Positions 11,416 to 26,293 of a stretch of 64,000 nucleotides of DNA are shown in pieces. The number at the start of each line of letters is the position of its first letter. Position 1 is the first letter of the stretch. Source of the DNA: Octopus vulgaris (taxonomy: Eukaryota); contig OX597840.1 of NCBI GenBank assembly GCA_951406725.2, positions 14,632,001 through 14,696,000 on the forward strand. The letters are read 5' to 3'. Below the pieces are notes generated by a model. It worked only from the letters and a program-made list of their open reading frames with translations. It did no database searches and was not told the origin of the DNA. Position numbers and translations under genes: made by a program.

Positions 11416-14238
11416 GAGCAGGTGAAAACATCACAAGGTATTTTGTCTGACACACAAAGGATTCTGCCTGTCCACTGCCATAAGGATGATGACAACGATG
11501 AGGATGATGACGATTGTGGTGGTGGCAGAAGGCAAAGGTGGTAACGGCAGCAGTGGTGGCAGTAGCAGCAACAGTGGTCATAACAGCAGTGGTGGCAGCA
11601 ATGGCTGACTTTGCTATTGTTGTTGTTGTTTATTCATGACAAGGTGGACATAGACAGTGATTTCTGAATCAGACACAAAACACCCGTCCACTTTACCCCC
11701 ACTCCAAGGGAAATGCTGTAATTCATTAACTTTAACCTCAGTACGTGCTTAGTACCTTTGGCAGGGTTTGAACTCAGGCCATAAAATTTGGCAATTAAAC
11801 TCCCAAAAGATATTTAATCAGACTCTTCACTGTTATATCCCCTTCATATATCCATTTTAATCTACTTAACTAATGGATTATTAAAACTCACATTCCTTGC
11901 CTTTCAGCCAGATTCTCCGTAAAATCTCACAATTTTACTTTTCTTTTGAACGTGTTTTTATTTTATTTTTTTAATCAATCAGTTTTTCTCTTGTATATAA
12001 AGTGTATGCCCAAGTACGTACATATGTGTGTGTGTATAATGTATGCACACACACACATATATATACATATATTTATATATATATGTATAAATGTATGTAT
12101 ATATGTATGTATATATATATATATATATACATACATACATATATACATATATGTATTTATATATATATATGCATATATATAAATATATTTATATATATAT
12201 ATGATATACATATATTTATATGTGTATATGTATGTATATAAATATATATGTATGTATATATATGTGTGTGTATATATATATATATACACACACACAAATA
12301 CAAATGTACACACACGCATATATGTATATTTTATATATATATATATATATGAATTTGTGTTTGTGTGCATATGTATCTAGATGTATTTGTATGCATATAT
12401 GTATGTATATTTTTATGTATGCCTGTATGTATGTGTTTGTATAAATGTGTTTATCTACATATTTGTACACTTGGTGGTAGATTGGTTTTTGTGTGTATGT
12501 GTGTATATTTAAATAACCAAGTACATAAGATTATGAGAGGGGCTTAACATATCTATATTTTTATTCTTTTTTCATTATTCTCAATTTTAAAGAATTCATT
12601 GAACATTTTCGAGACAACATTTGTTGTTGTTGCTTTTTTGCTTCTGTGTCCCTCCTCCGCTGTTGAACAAATTCAATCCATCCACCTGCAAGAAGATTCT
12701 TTAATTCCATCCAAACCAAACTCTCTTAATTATTACAAACAAGCAATTCAGACTCTGGTCTTGTCATTCTAGCCATCAGATAGTCTTCCTGTCTGTCGGC
12801 TTATTCCCTCATCCCTCTCTTTCTCCTCCTTCTCTCTTTTTCTATCAGTCTCTTTCTTACACACTTTCTTCATCTCATTCACTGCCCAATCTCTTAATCT
12901 CACACTTAATCTGTCATCACTTTCTATTTTCCTTTCTCTCTCTCTCTCTCTCACTCACACACACACAATTATAGACAAATGCATATATACATACCTATAT
13001 ATATATACACACAAACACTCACACCTGTCTCTCTATATGTCTTGCTTTTTCAGCACTTATTTCACCTTACTCGATCTCATTCTTTCACATTCCATATATC
13101 TTCTTTTCTATTTACCACATACATACATGTGTGTGTATATATATATGTGTGTGTATATAGATATATGTTTGTATATGTGTGCATATATGTGTATGTATGT
13201 GTGTTTATATATATTTTGCATATTTGTGTACATACACATGCACACACATATATATGACTATGTAGGTATGTATATATGTATGCATGTTTTATATGTATTA
13301 TATATGTATATATAGATAGATAGATACATACATACATATAAATATGTACATATATATAAATGTATGTTTGAACATGTTGCCTGCACCGTTTCCTCTCTTT
13401 CTCTCTCTCATAAAATGCTAAAACCCCGATCTCTATATTCAGATTAAAGATTTCGGACAAACTGCTCAAACAACTATGCTTCATTGTCATCAACATCACC
13501 ATCATCATCATCATCATCATCACAAGCATCATCAACTTCATTATGAACAGCAGTAGCACCACCACCACCATGTTGCTGTTGTTGTTGTTGTTCTTCGTTT
13601 TCTACTACTACTACGGCTGCTGCTACTTCTACTACTACTACTACTACTACCATATATATATAAATTTATATACGATGGGCTTCTTTTAGTTTCCATCTAC
13701 CAAATCCTCTCACAAGGCTTTGGTCAGCCCGAGGCGATAGTAGAAAACACTTGACCAAGGTGCTATACAGTGGGACTGAACCCAGAAACGTGGTTGGGAA
13801 GCAAGCTTCTTACCACACAGCCACACCCGATGTATTAACATTATGTAATATAATATGAAACATATCATATATATATCCTGCTTCTTTTTGTTGTTATTTT
13901 ATATATTTATATATTTATATGCACATATAATATAAACACACACACACACACATGCACTGACTTCTCATCATATACATATTTCTTAGATACAAATTGTATA
14001 TACATATATACACACCACATATACACATGTACTGATAAAGATACACAAAAGATACATTGTGTGTGTGATGTACAATATAATGTTGTATATATATATAATT
14101 AAACATAGTATGTGCGTATGTATACATATGCATTTTATATAACAACACTGAATACTTATCAGTATCCTATGTCTACATAACAATATCTTCTGAAATATTA
14201 AAATGAAGAACTCGGTGGAATCTCAGGCTGCCAATTAC

Positions 14239-14387
14239 CAATATGATTCCGCAAAGATTATCTTCAATTGTTTGCTTGATTTGCACAAGAATCTCTTCAA
14301 GTCTCTGTTTAAACTTCAAAGTAGCTTTTGCCATTTTTTTGTTGAAATATTCATTAAATAGAATATATACTCTTTCCAAAGATAATA
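14239..14387 (-). CDS. Candidate start-codon exon (ATG 14334; MAKATLKFKQRLEEILVQIKQTIEDNLCGIIL, phase-0 donor); product unknown
   Basis: Strong acceptor ttgttttatttctcttgttttctctttttcag, caacaaaaaaATGG context, 96 open coding nt, donor TTG|GTAATT; unique sequence between microsatellite tracts. Confidence 0.5.
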
Positions 14388-16229
14388 CTGAAAAAGAGAA
14401 AACAAGAGAAATAAAACAAAATAATAATAAGACAAAAACAATTGTCGGTTTTGTTTGTCTTTGGTGGAATATTCAATATTTTATTTATTTGTGTGTTTTG
14501 TGTTTTGTCTTGGGAAAGTGTATATTTGAAGGTGTATATATATTCATGTGGGTGTGAGTGTATGTGAATGGGTGTCTAGCTGTGTGTATGATTGCGTATG
14601 TGATTCATCATCATCATCACCAATGCATACACAACACACACACACATTTTTGCATATGTGTGTGCATGTGCATAAATAGGCTTCTTTCAGTTTCCATCTA
14701 CCAAATCCACTCACAATTTTGATTCACCTAGGGCCATAGTAGAAACCACTTGCCCAACGTACCATGCATTATTGTAGCTAAAGTATGTGCCATGTAGTGC
14801 AGCCCTTCCATTTACCCGGCCCCCCAGACCCCTCAAAGAACACATACAGCAGACCCAAAAGTGGTGCCCCTTTAAAAGTGCCCTTACTGCTCTCCCCACA
14901 CAGCTATGCTAGTAGTGCCTTGCTGTGAGATTGAACTTCAAACTGTGTATTTGGAAAGCAAAATTGTATTTTACACATTCACGCCTATTTACTCAAGTGC
15001 AGTATGATTTCAATGATAATGTGACTCTCCACCCGACCACCACCATTTATCTCCCCACATCTATAGTTTATCTCCTCATCATTTGGTTTCACTCCATCTT
15101 AATGTGATTCACCAACTTTGATCCGGATGCTTTGTGTTGAATCTTTTGAATTATACATAGGCATAGACAGAGCTGCGTAGTAGAAGAAGCTTGCTTCCCA
15201 ACCACATGGTTCCAGGTTCAGTCCCACTGCATGGTACCTTAGTCAAATGTCTTCTGCAATAGCCTCAGGCTGACCAAAGTCTTGTGAGTGGATTTAGCTG
15301 ATGGAAACTGAAAGAAGCCCTTTGTATATTTATATATGCATGTATGTCTGTGTCTTTGTGTCTGTAACTCTGTTTCTGAGACTTTGTGTCTGTGTTTGTC
15401 CCCCCGCCCCACTTGACAACTGGTGTTTGTTTGTTTAAATCCCTGAAACTTAGCTTTTCAGCAAAAAGGGATTGATAGAATAAATACCAGGCTTTTAAAA
15501 AACAAAGTCCTGGGGTCAATCCATTCAACTAAAAATTCTTCAAGGCAGTGCCCCAGCATGACCACAGTCTAATGATTGAGAGAGATAAAAAATAAAAGTG
15601 TGTGTGGGTGTGTGTGTCTGTGTGGGAAAGCATCTAATGTGTCCATATCTAAACTTGTGTCTATATTTACCAGTTGTATTTCTTTATGTCAAAAGTGCGA
15701 CTTAGCCATTTGGTTTGGAAAGATTGATAAAATAAATGCCTGACTAAAATAACTCCTGGACATTTGGTATGATAGGATATGGCTAAAACAATAGAACTGT
15801 TAAATGTGGTGCCTCAGCATGGCCACTATCCAATGACTAAAATCAATAGAAGAATAATGTAGCGTATACTGGCATATTACTGGTATTCATTTTACCACCT
15901 CCTCCTTCACACCCTCACTTGTCCTCTCAAAAGGATGACTAACTCAATGTAAGCACAATTAATTAGTCTGGTCTTCTTGTTCTTGTTCTTCTTCTTCTCT
16001 CCTCCTTCTTCCTCTTCTCCTTCTCGTCCTTCTTTTTCTTCTCCTTCCTCTTCTTCTACGTCTTCTTCTCCTATTATTACTTACTACTAAATAATTTTGC
16101 TGTCTTTCATATGGATAATGTTGTTTAGCTTCTATTTAATCTAGTTGGGCATGGTTGGCTGCCTTTGGTATAACCACAGAAATTTAAAAGCATGCTTAAA
16201 TATCGTTTTCATGATGAAAGCTTTATTTG

Positions 16230-16260
<31 letters not shown>

Positions 16261-16297
16261 GCATGTGTGTGTCTGTGTATACATACATGCACATACA

Positions 16298-16343
<46 letters not shown>

Positions 16344-17599
16344 TATATGTACACATATATATACACACATATATATATATATACATTTCCATACATATAT
16401 ATATATATATATACATACACACACACACACACACTTATATGTATGTGTGTGTGTATGTATATATGTATGTATATGAAGTCATTCATGTTGGCCATGATTA
16501 AATGATTAAAGCCAAAGAATTTATGAGTACCGTTGATTTTGAAGAGCAGTTCGTTAAATTACAATGTACAGTTGTTATGTTTTTGTTATTGTTTGTTGTT
16601 ATGTAAGTGATGAATAATAAACAATAAATGCATCAAGAAAACTTCAACACTTGGAAAAAATGTCTGGCTTATCGTAAAGTGGTGAGGGTTTGTTAAATTT
16701 TCGAATATTTATTAACATCCTTTGTGTATTGTATATTGTGTTCGCTGACGTCCATCCAGTTGTTATGTAAATACTGTCAGTAAAGAAGGAATTCTAAGCT
16801 TTTGTTTAGTAAACTGTTTTGTGCAACCAACAGATGTGGTGATTAAATTTCTATACAAACGAAATGATTGGTTTTCAATGGCCCCTTTTCAACATAGTAG
16901 GTGTATATATTGCTATATTATCATCACAAAAACATTGTTCCTGTAGTGTGAACATAGAGTAATTGTGGTTTGTGTATGCAGTCAATGTGGATAAATGTGC
17001 AACAGGTCTAGTGTGGACGTGCAACAGGTCTGGTGCATAGGAGAATGGCTTTATGCAATGAGTGTACTGCAAATGTACAAGAAGTGCAGTTTGAATGGGA
17101 ATATGTTGCATGGCGTTAAAGAAATTGGCTGTGATTAAGAATACACAGCATGTACAATAGATTTGGTACAAATGTACATAAATGTAATTTAATAAACATC
17201 AAATTTAATTTGAGTAATATGAATGAGCAATATATGGTGTGGTTTTGTTTTCACTGTTAGCTCCACATAGAAATTAGCAAACGTTGGTCCCAAACAGGAA
17301 CCCGTAGTAAAACCTCATAGATTGAAGAGATAGTTCATTTTGTCATTTGACCCCCTCCACCTCCAGTTTTAATAATGACTTCGTTTTGGGGCTTTCTAAT
17401 TACTGTTTTTACTCCTGTCAACTTTGCCACAGTTGTTTTGTTCTATTAAGGAACTACACCAGAAAATGGTGCAAACTTTTGAAGGTTTCTCTGTTGTCTC
17501 GTTCCAATGACTGAAAACAAGAAAATACTATGGACTTGATATACAAAGACCGGTATATAATGAATGTTGATGATTAATGGAATTAGTTTATTTCATCAT

Positions 17600-17980
17600 T
17601 ATCATCATCATTTAGCATTTGTTATTCCATTCTGGCATGGGTAAGATGGTTTACCTGGAACAAATAAGCCAGAGAGCTACCCCAGGTTCCAGTTCTCTGT
17701 TTTGGTTTGGTTTCTATGGCTTGATGCCCTTCCTAATGCCAACCACTCCATAGAGTGTACTGGGTGTCTTTTGTGCATCACCAGCTCTGGTGCACTTCAT
17801 GTAACGTGAGCTCTAGTGCCTTTTACCTGTCACTTGAATGGGAGTCCCCTGTCATCAGCACTGGCCATGACTGCGAAGTCACTTAGGACATGTTTTCTAC
17901 AGCACAGCAAATTGCCAAAGTCTTGGTCACTCATCATTACCTCCATGAGACTCAGCACCTAAAGATCGTATTTCACTATC
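17600..17980 (-). mobile_element. Degenerate RTE-tailed SINE/LINE 3' end
   Basis: (cat)n tail then gatgcccttcctaatgccaaccactcc; similar copies at 26420-26790 (-), 36900-37560, 38075-38320, 40010-40356, 44370-44580 (+). Confidence 0.75.
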
Positions 17981-18166
17981 TTATAATTAATATGTATATA
18001 CACACACAAACACACACACATACATTTACATATATATATGTCTATATACATATGTATATGTATATACATATATATACATATAGATTCAGATGAATATGGT
18101 ACTTAAGTTGAGGCACCAGAATTTAGTACGGTATTATCCATACAATTTCAAACTAAGGTGATTAAA

Positions 18167-18575
<409 letters not shown>

Positions 18576-19145
18576 CATACGTACATACATACATACATAC
18601 ATATATATGTATATGTGTGTGTATATATATTTAGAATAGTTGTACAACAATGCACCACTATTTACAGGAAATAGCAGTTGATAATATATGATGGTATTGT
18701 AAGCTTCACTGTATATAAATACTGGCAAAAATGTTTGTGGGCTGCAAACATAAACATTTTCATCTTACCTGTAGGAAGAACATTTAATAAATGTACGACC
18801 CAGATGTGGATAATCTAGGGCCTAGGTTTCGAACTTTCCAAGAGCTTTCAAGAAGCAATGAAAATTTTAGAAAGACAAAATAATAAATGAGTGGAATTTG
18901 AACCAGTGAGTGTGTTAATTAATAAGGCATTAAAACAGAATAACTCTCCCCAGACATAACAGAATATGCTTCAACACATGAACTCACAAAAAAAATCTTG
19001 CTGAAATTGCGAAGATGATCCGGTTCTTGACTGAAGATTGAGGGCTTCGAATGTCCCGTCCGTGTTTTTTGTGTCGTCTTCTAAATGTTTCACGTTCTTG
19101 TCCCAGTTTGTATATTTTTTTACTTTTACACATATATATATATGT

Positions 19146-19427
19146 ATTGTTTGCTCCTTCTCGAGCCATGCCTGGCTCATAAGGGCCGGATCCTTGGCGT
19201 ATAGGTTCCCCACTTGGACGGGACGCTTGTCCATCGCAGTTGGGCTGCAAGATGCAGAAGGAAAGAGTGAGAGAAAGTTGTGGTGAAAGAGTCAACAGAA
19301 ATTTGCCATTACCGTCTGCCGGAGCCATGTGGAGCTTAGATGTTTCATTCATAAACACACACATCGCCAGGTCTGAGATTCGAACCCGCGAGTCCACTGC
19401 TCTAACCAGTAGGCCATGTGCCTCCAC
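19146..19427 (-). mobile_element. tRNA-derived SINE family D
   Basis: Head gtggaggcacatggcc...gggttcgaatctc; same family at 37714-37877 and 49806-50106 (+). Confidence 0.85.
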
Positions 19428-20059
19428 ATATATACATGTATATACATATATATATATCATCATTTAGCATCTGCTAGCCATGATGGCATGGGTTGGACAG
19501 TGTGACCAGAGCTGGCAAAGAAACACATTTATTTATATACATATGTGTGTGTATGTTGTTTGTGTCAATACTTATGTGCATAAATGTGTGTGTGTGTGTG
19601 TGTGTATACAGGCCCATATATATGTATATGATTATAATAGCTGTGTTAGCCTTCAGCTATATTACACATGAAATCATGTAATGAATGAGATCCATTTCTT
19701 CATATAAACACATACTGTGAAGAGAAGGCTGTCATTCATTTCTTGATAATCCAGAAATATTGATGCATAAACAGTTATCTTATAGAATAGAAAACAACAC
19801 AGATATTTAATCTATGTTTTATATATATTTTATATAATTTCATTTTTATATTTTTTTATAATTGTTGGAAGTCAGGTCTGTGGATTCAGTTTTGTTTTAC
19901 CTTTACTTGTTTCAGTCATTAGACTGTGGCCATGCTGGGGCACTGCCTTGAAGAACTTTTCATTGAATGAGTCAACCCCTGTATTTAGTCTTTTTTTAAG
20001 ACCACTACTTATCCTATTGGTTTTTATTGCATAAATACTTACCTCACACACACATCTTT

Positions 20060-20103
<44 letters not shown>

Positions 20104-20957
20104 TGGCAGAAACGTTAGCATGCCAAATGAAATGCACTGTGGTATTTTATCTGTCTTTACATTCTGAGTTCAAATTCTGCTGGGGTCGACTTTGCCTTTC
20201 ATCCTTTTGGGAACAATAAATTAAGTACCAGGTTGGAAAAAGAAAGAAAAAAGCGAAGTTTGGTGACAGGAAGGGCATCCAGCCATAGAAAATTTACTTC
20301 AACAAATTCCTTCCGATCCATGCCGGCTGGGAAAAGAGGATGTTAAATGTTTCTCGATGTCGATACACTTTGAGTTAAGAAAATATTTGCTTGAAATATT
20401 GAACATTTATGAATAAAATACATAATTATGTGTGTGTTGATGCATGTGTATTTATTTGTGCATATTCGTGTTATCCAGATATATGCATAAACATACACAC
20501 TTATGTGTGTATGTTTATGCATATATCTGCATAAACGTACCTGTGTGCATATGTGTGTGTGCTTGTGCATGGTCTGTGCAATTATGGGTCTCTGCATCAT
20601 TGTGTAAGCTGAGATGTGTATGTCTGTGTGTGTGTGTGTGCTTGTACATGTGTCTATATAAACGTATGTATGTATGCATGTGTATATGCTATATAAACGT
20701 AGCTGTGTGTGTGTCTGTGTGTGTGTGTAATTATGTTTTGGATTATAAATCCCCAAGCAATAATTTTCTATTGATAAGGTGAAATAAATCACACAGAATC
20801 ACAAGCCTAAATAAACACACATACACAGAATACATATTGATATTACATGCACACACACCAACATGTACACTAGCACACACACACATATCTATATATATGT
20901 GTGTGTATATGTATGTGTGTGTATATATATATATATATGTATGCATATATATATATG

Positions 20958-20988
<31 letters not shown>

Positions 20989-21474
20989 GTTTGTATATCT
21001 ATGTATGTGTGTGTATATACATATATATATATATATGTATGTATGTGTGTGTAGCTTTATACTTATGTGTGTGTTTGTGTATACACACACAAATTCATAA
21101 ATATATACATACATACAGATATTTAAGATGGTATATTTACAAATATATGGATCTATATATATAGTATGTATGTATATATATAAATATATATATATATATA
21201 TGATCGTGTGTATACTTATATGTAGTTGGATCTATATAAATCTATGTATGTGTGTGCATGTCTGAATGCACATATATATATATCAATGCATGTGTACGTG
21301 AGACTCGTTTTATGGCCAAAACCTTGGGAGACAAGAAATATAAATTTATGAATTTGAAATGAATTAATGCGTGGAGTTATAGCAACACAAACAACAACAC
21401 AAGAGGTGGAGATATTGAAAGTGATGGTGGTCTGGTGGGGGCTTGGTGATGGTGGTCGACATGGTTGAGACTGT

Positions 21475-22300
21475 TGTTGTTGGTGGTAGTGGTTGAAGTG
21501 ATGATGGTGGGTGTAATGATGGGGGTGTTGCTGTTGTTGGTAGTGGTTGAAGTGGTGATGGTGGTGATGATGATGGCTGCGAGGATGGAGGTGTTGTTGT
21601 TGTTGGTGGTGGTAGTGGTGATGATGGTGGGTGTAATGATGGGGGTGTTGCTGTTGTTGGTAGTGGTTGAAGTGGTGATGGTGGTGATGATGATGGCTGC
21701 GAGGATGGAGGTGTTGTTGTTGTTGGTGGTGGTAGTGGTGATGATGGTGGGTGTAATGATGGGGGTGTTGCTGTTGTTGGTAGTGGTTGAAGTGGTGATG
21801 GTGGTGATGATGATGGCTGCAAGGATGGAGGTGTTGTTGTTGTTGGTGGTGGTAGTGGTGATGATGGTGGGTGTAATGATGGGGGTGTTGCTGTTGTTGT
21901 TGGTGGTTGAAGTGGTGATGGTGGTGATGATGATGGCTGCGAGGATGGAGGTGTTGTTGTTGTTGGTGGTGGTGGCGGTGGTGGTGGTGATGGTGGGTGT
22001 ATTGATGGGGGTGTTGCTATTGTTGGTAATGGTTGAAGTGGTGATGGTGGTGATGATGATGGCTGCGAGGATGGAGGTGTTGTTGTTGTTGGTGGTGGTA
22101 GTGGTGATGATGGTGGGTGTAATGATGGGGGTGTTGCTGTTGTTGTTGGTGGTTGAAGTGGTGATGGTGGTGATGATGATGGCTGCGAGGATGGAGGTGT
22201 TGTTGGTGGCGGTGGTGATGGTGGGTGTAATGATGGCGGTGTTGCTGTTGTTGTTGGTGGTTGAAGTGATGGTAGATATGATGCTGGCTGTAAGGATGGC
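21475..22300. repeat. 120-bp minisatellite built from GTG/ATG/TTG triplets (~6-7 copies)
   Basis: Sequence at 21541, 21661, 21781 and 21901 is near-identical (period 120). Confidence 0.95.
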
Positions 22301-22656
22301 GGTGTTGTTGTTGTTATTATTGTTGATGTTGCTGTTGGTGGTGATCGATATAACGATGGAGGTGGGATGTTGCTGTTGGTGTTATTTATAATAATTTCTC
22401 AGATTGATAACAGTAAACAATGAAAATAATCAAAACAAAAATTAGAGCAACAACAGACAGTGCAGTAACTGATGCACAAAAACAACAACAAAAGCAATAC
22501 CAACTTCATCATCCAGTATCATAACAACAGCGATAGCTACAATGGCAACAACCATAGTACACAACAACTGCAACAACAACAACAACAGCATAATCAAGCA
22601 CTACAAAAACACTAACAACAACAACAACAATCACATTTTCTTTCAACTGTTTTCAG

Positions 22657-22707
22657 TATTTCTTCCAACATTGGAAATTTCCAGAGTTGAATTACAAGAT
22701 AATCTGG
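22657..22707 (+). CDS. Candidate 51-nt symmetric (phase 1-1) exon, (x)FLPTLEISRVELQDNL
   Basis: Branch-like cactaac near 22610, ~55-nt AG-free zone, cattttctttcaactgttttcag acceptor, open frame, donor TGG|GTGGGT. Confidence 0.35.
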
Positions 22708-22997
22708 GTGGGTGTTTGCGTGTGCGCTTGTTGCATGTGTATGCGTATATGTGTGTGTTTGTTTGTTTATTTATGTGTATATGTGTGTTTGAGCGTGTGT
22801 GTGTATATTTGCATGTGTATGTATATATATATGTGTGTGTGTGTGTTGTGCATGTGTTTGTGTGTATATTTGTGTGTGTGTGTAGTTGAGTGTGTGTTAG
22901 TAAGTGTGTATATATATATATGTGTGTGTATGAATATGCGTTTGTGTGTTTATATATATATATATATACATACATGTGCAGGTGTGTATGTATGTGT

Positions 22998-23030
<33 letters not shown>

Positions 23031-24962
23031 CACATGTGTGTGTATGTATGTGTGTGTATGCATATGGTTGTGTGTGTGTGTGCATGTTTGTCTGGTGGTA
23101 TAAGTGTGTTTTTTTGTTTGTGGCATGATTAGTATTTGTGTATGGTTCTGTGTGTGTATGTCCATACATAAGTGTATGCATGCATGTGTGTGTGTGTGGG
23201 ATATATTTCATCTTTACATTGTTTTCTCATTAGAGGAAAGTTTATCTCCAGTTTGGTCATTGCCGCTACAACAACGATGATGATGATGGGGGGGGTGTCA
23301 GCGGCGGCAGTGGCACTGGTGGCGGTGATGGCGGTGGTGGTGGTGCACCTCCTCTGTGCAATTTATTACTTTGACGCCAACGTTGATTCCAGTGTTTGAT
23401 GCTGTTACGTTTAATTGAGAGATTCTAATGAGGAGAATGATTCTTGACTTTTCTTGGTTGTCTCAGTGGCTGCCTGTGGCTTTGCAAAATAGGATCCTGA
23501 GCAACAGAAATATTCAGTTATATCACCACCACCACCACCATCATCATCATCACCACCACCACCATCATCACCATCATCACCATCATCATCATCATCATCA
23601 CCACCACCATCATCTTCATTGTAATCATCATCATCATCATTACCGTCATCATCATCACCACCACCATAATTGTTATAAAGTGGTATTTTCCACAGTTATA
23701 ATGTGTGGCCACTGTTGTGTCTGTAGCTGTCGTATCTACTCTAGTAGCCATGATATTTTCTTGGTATCGGATGGAGTGTATCTCTTTCTATACCGGAATG
23801 GTAATACACTGCTTCAGCTATTGTGCTGCCACTGATAGCTCTGCAAGACACTGAATTTGAAACATCTACCTTGACTGTGACTCGAACTCGTCTATAACAC
23901 GTAACTAATACTTAACTCCAACTGAGAACTTGTATAAGAACTCTACAATGATTAACACATGACTCCCCTACTGGTTGATGTCATATTACTTTATAGTGGC
24001 TGGGTCATACCACTTGTCCCTTGAGATGGATGTATAATTTCCACTACAACAATAATCATTTTCATTATAATTATCGTCATCACCATCATCCCCATCACCA
24101 CCTTCATTGTTATTATTGTCATCATCATCATTTTTTTTCCACATGAACTTCCCCATGCTTCACTGGTGAAACGAGTACATTCGCGGAGAGAGTTTCTTGT
24201 GGTCAGATATCCTTCTTCTTACTAACTGTCATTTTTTTCCAAATGAAATAAATGTTCTTCTTGTCTATTGAACAACAAACAACCTGGACATGGTTTTGCA
24301 ATGAACTGGAAACAAACAACACCGTGTGAACGAGCCTTTTGTTTACAACCAGTCAACACACAGTAAGATAAATCAGATATACACTCACCCACATTCATAA
24401 AGGCATGCTCACACACACACATACATACATATGCTTGCATGTGTATGTGTGTGTATGTATTTATATATGTGTGTTTGTATATATATCTTCCGTCTTCTAG
24501 CTTTTCTTGTTTCAGTTATTTGAGTGTGGTCATGCTGGGGCACTGCCTTGAAGGGTTTTAGTCTAACACATTGATCCTAGGATTTCTTTTAAAGTCTCAT
24601 ACTTATTCTTTTGGCCTCTTTTGTTAAAGCTCTAGTCTCATACTTATTCTTTTGGCCTCTTTTGTTAAAGCTCTAAGTTACCGGGACATAAACACACCAA
24701 CACCAGTGTCAAGCAGTGGTACGGGACAAGCACAGACACAATGATACACGGACACAAATATATACATATAGGCATATACGATAGGTTTCTTCCAGTTTCT
24801 GCCTACCCAATCCACTCACAAGGCTTTGGTTGGCCCATGGCTATAGCAGAAGACACTTGCTCAAGGTAACATACAGTGGGACTGAACCTGGAACCATGTG
24901 GTTGGGAAGCAAGCTTCTTACCACATAGCAATGCTTTCATACACACACACACACACATTCAA

Positions 24963-25029
<67 letters not shown>

Positions 25030-25309
25030 TAGATGTGTGGTGAGTAGCTTGTTTACCAACCACATGGTTCCAGGATCAGTCCCACTGCATGGCACCTTGG
25101 GCAAGTGTCCTCTACTATAGCCTTGGGTCAGCAAAAGCCTTGTGAGTGGATTTGGTAGACGGAAACTGTAAGAAGCCAGTCGTGTGTGTATATATATATT
25201 TGTATGTATGTATTTGTGTGTCTTTGTTTGCCCCCTCCACCATCACATGTCACATGAGTTGCTGTGTTTACGTCCCTGTAACTTAGCATTTCGGCAAAAG
25301 AGTAAATGA

Positions 25310-25376
<67 letters not shown>

Positions 25377-25965
25377 TAGCTTGTAATAGGATATTAGATG
25401 ATGATGATGATGGAAATGTTTAAAACCTTTGGCACAGGTCACAATAATTTTGGCAGCCCCACCATTGGTGCTGAGCAACTTTGATGCTGTCAAGGAATAT
25501 ATACAATCATTTCGTCCCAGAGAATAAAACCCTTTGTCCAGGGTCATCCATATAGCCACCACACCAAAACAAATTCCATATGTAACCAATCCAACCATGC
25601 CATGACTATATACTTTGCCTGACATTTCCCTGAAGATTTATTCTTTCCTTTTAGTTTTTGATTATTTTTTCCTCACAGACCTCTACCATATTCTGTGATG
25701 GAGTACTTTCTTCTTTTGGTATCATTCCACAAGCCATTGCCGTATTTGTCTTTCCCAAAATTAATCCCAGTCATGTAGGACATTGTGGATCCATCTACAA
25801 ACCCCTTATAATCCCCACCTCTACAGGAAACACCAGGCACTGCCATCCTGGGCCTCACATTCTGGGTCTTTTGAATTTTACTGATTTCCTTTTATATAAC
25901 CACCCTGTCTAGCTTCTCAACAGTAACTCAGCCACCAGGACTGTTTCTGTCACACCAGATTCTGC

Positions 25966-25996
<31 letters not shown>

Positions 25997-26255
25997 GTCT
26001 TAGTGTGCAATAAAATGTGTTGGTACATGTTAGATGGAATACATAATTCATTTTAATATCTGTTGATTTAATTAAAATTTATTTAAGCAACTGGAAAATT
26101 TGTGGCATTTTGTGAAATCAATAAAAAAACACAAAACATATTTGTGGAAATCAAAGTTGATATTTTTCAATATATATAAATGAATTTATGCGTGTGGGTG
26201 TGGGGTATTTCTGTGTGTAGGTTGGTACACACACACACACATTTGTGTATGCTGT

Positions 26256-26293
<38 letters not shown>

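Noticed and set aside
12560-12712. Minus-strand short ORF MELKNLLAGGWIEFVQQRRRD...
   Set aside because: Under 50 codons, bounded by stops, no recognisable motif; the obvious acceptor is out of phase with the 14239 donor.
18762-18795. Minus-strand ttcttcctaCAG|GTAAGA as a recursive site
   Set aside because: Short pyrimidine tract and appears to lie in a transposon remnant; likely chance.
18812-18856. Hammerhead-like GAAA-cctagg palindrome on the minus strand
   Set aside because: No CUGANGA core, stem II or UH triplet.
21364-22391. 308-aa hydrophobic ORF and antisense Pro/Thr/Ser mucin-like ORF
   Set aside because: Both come from a stop-poor 120-bp triplet minisatellite; no splice signals or unique domain seen. 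An exon cannot be fully excluded without RNA data.
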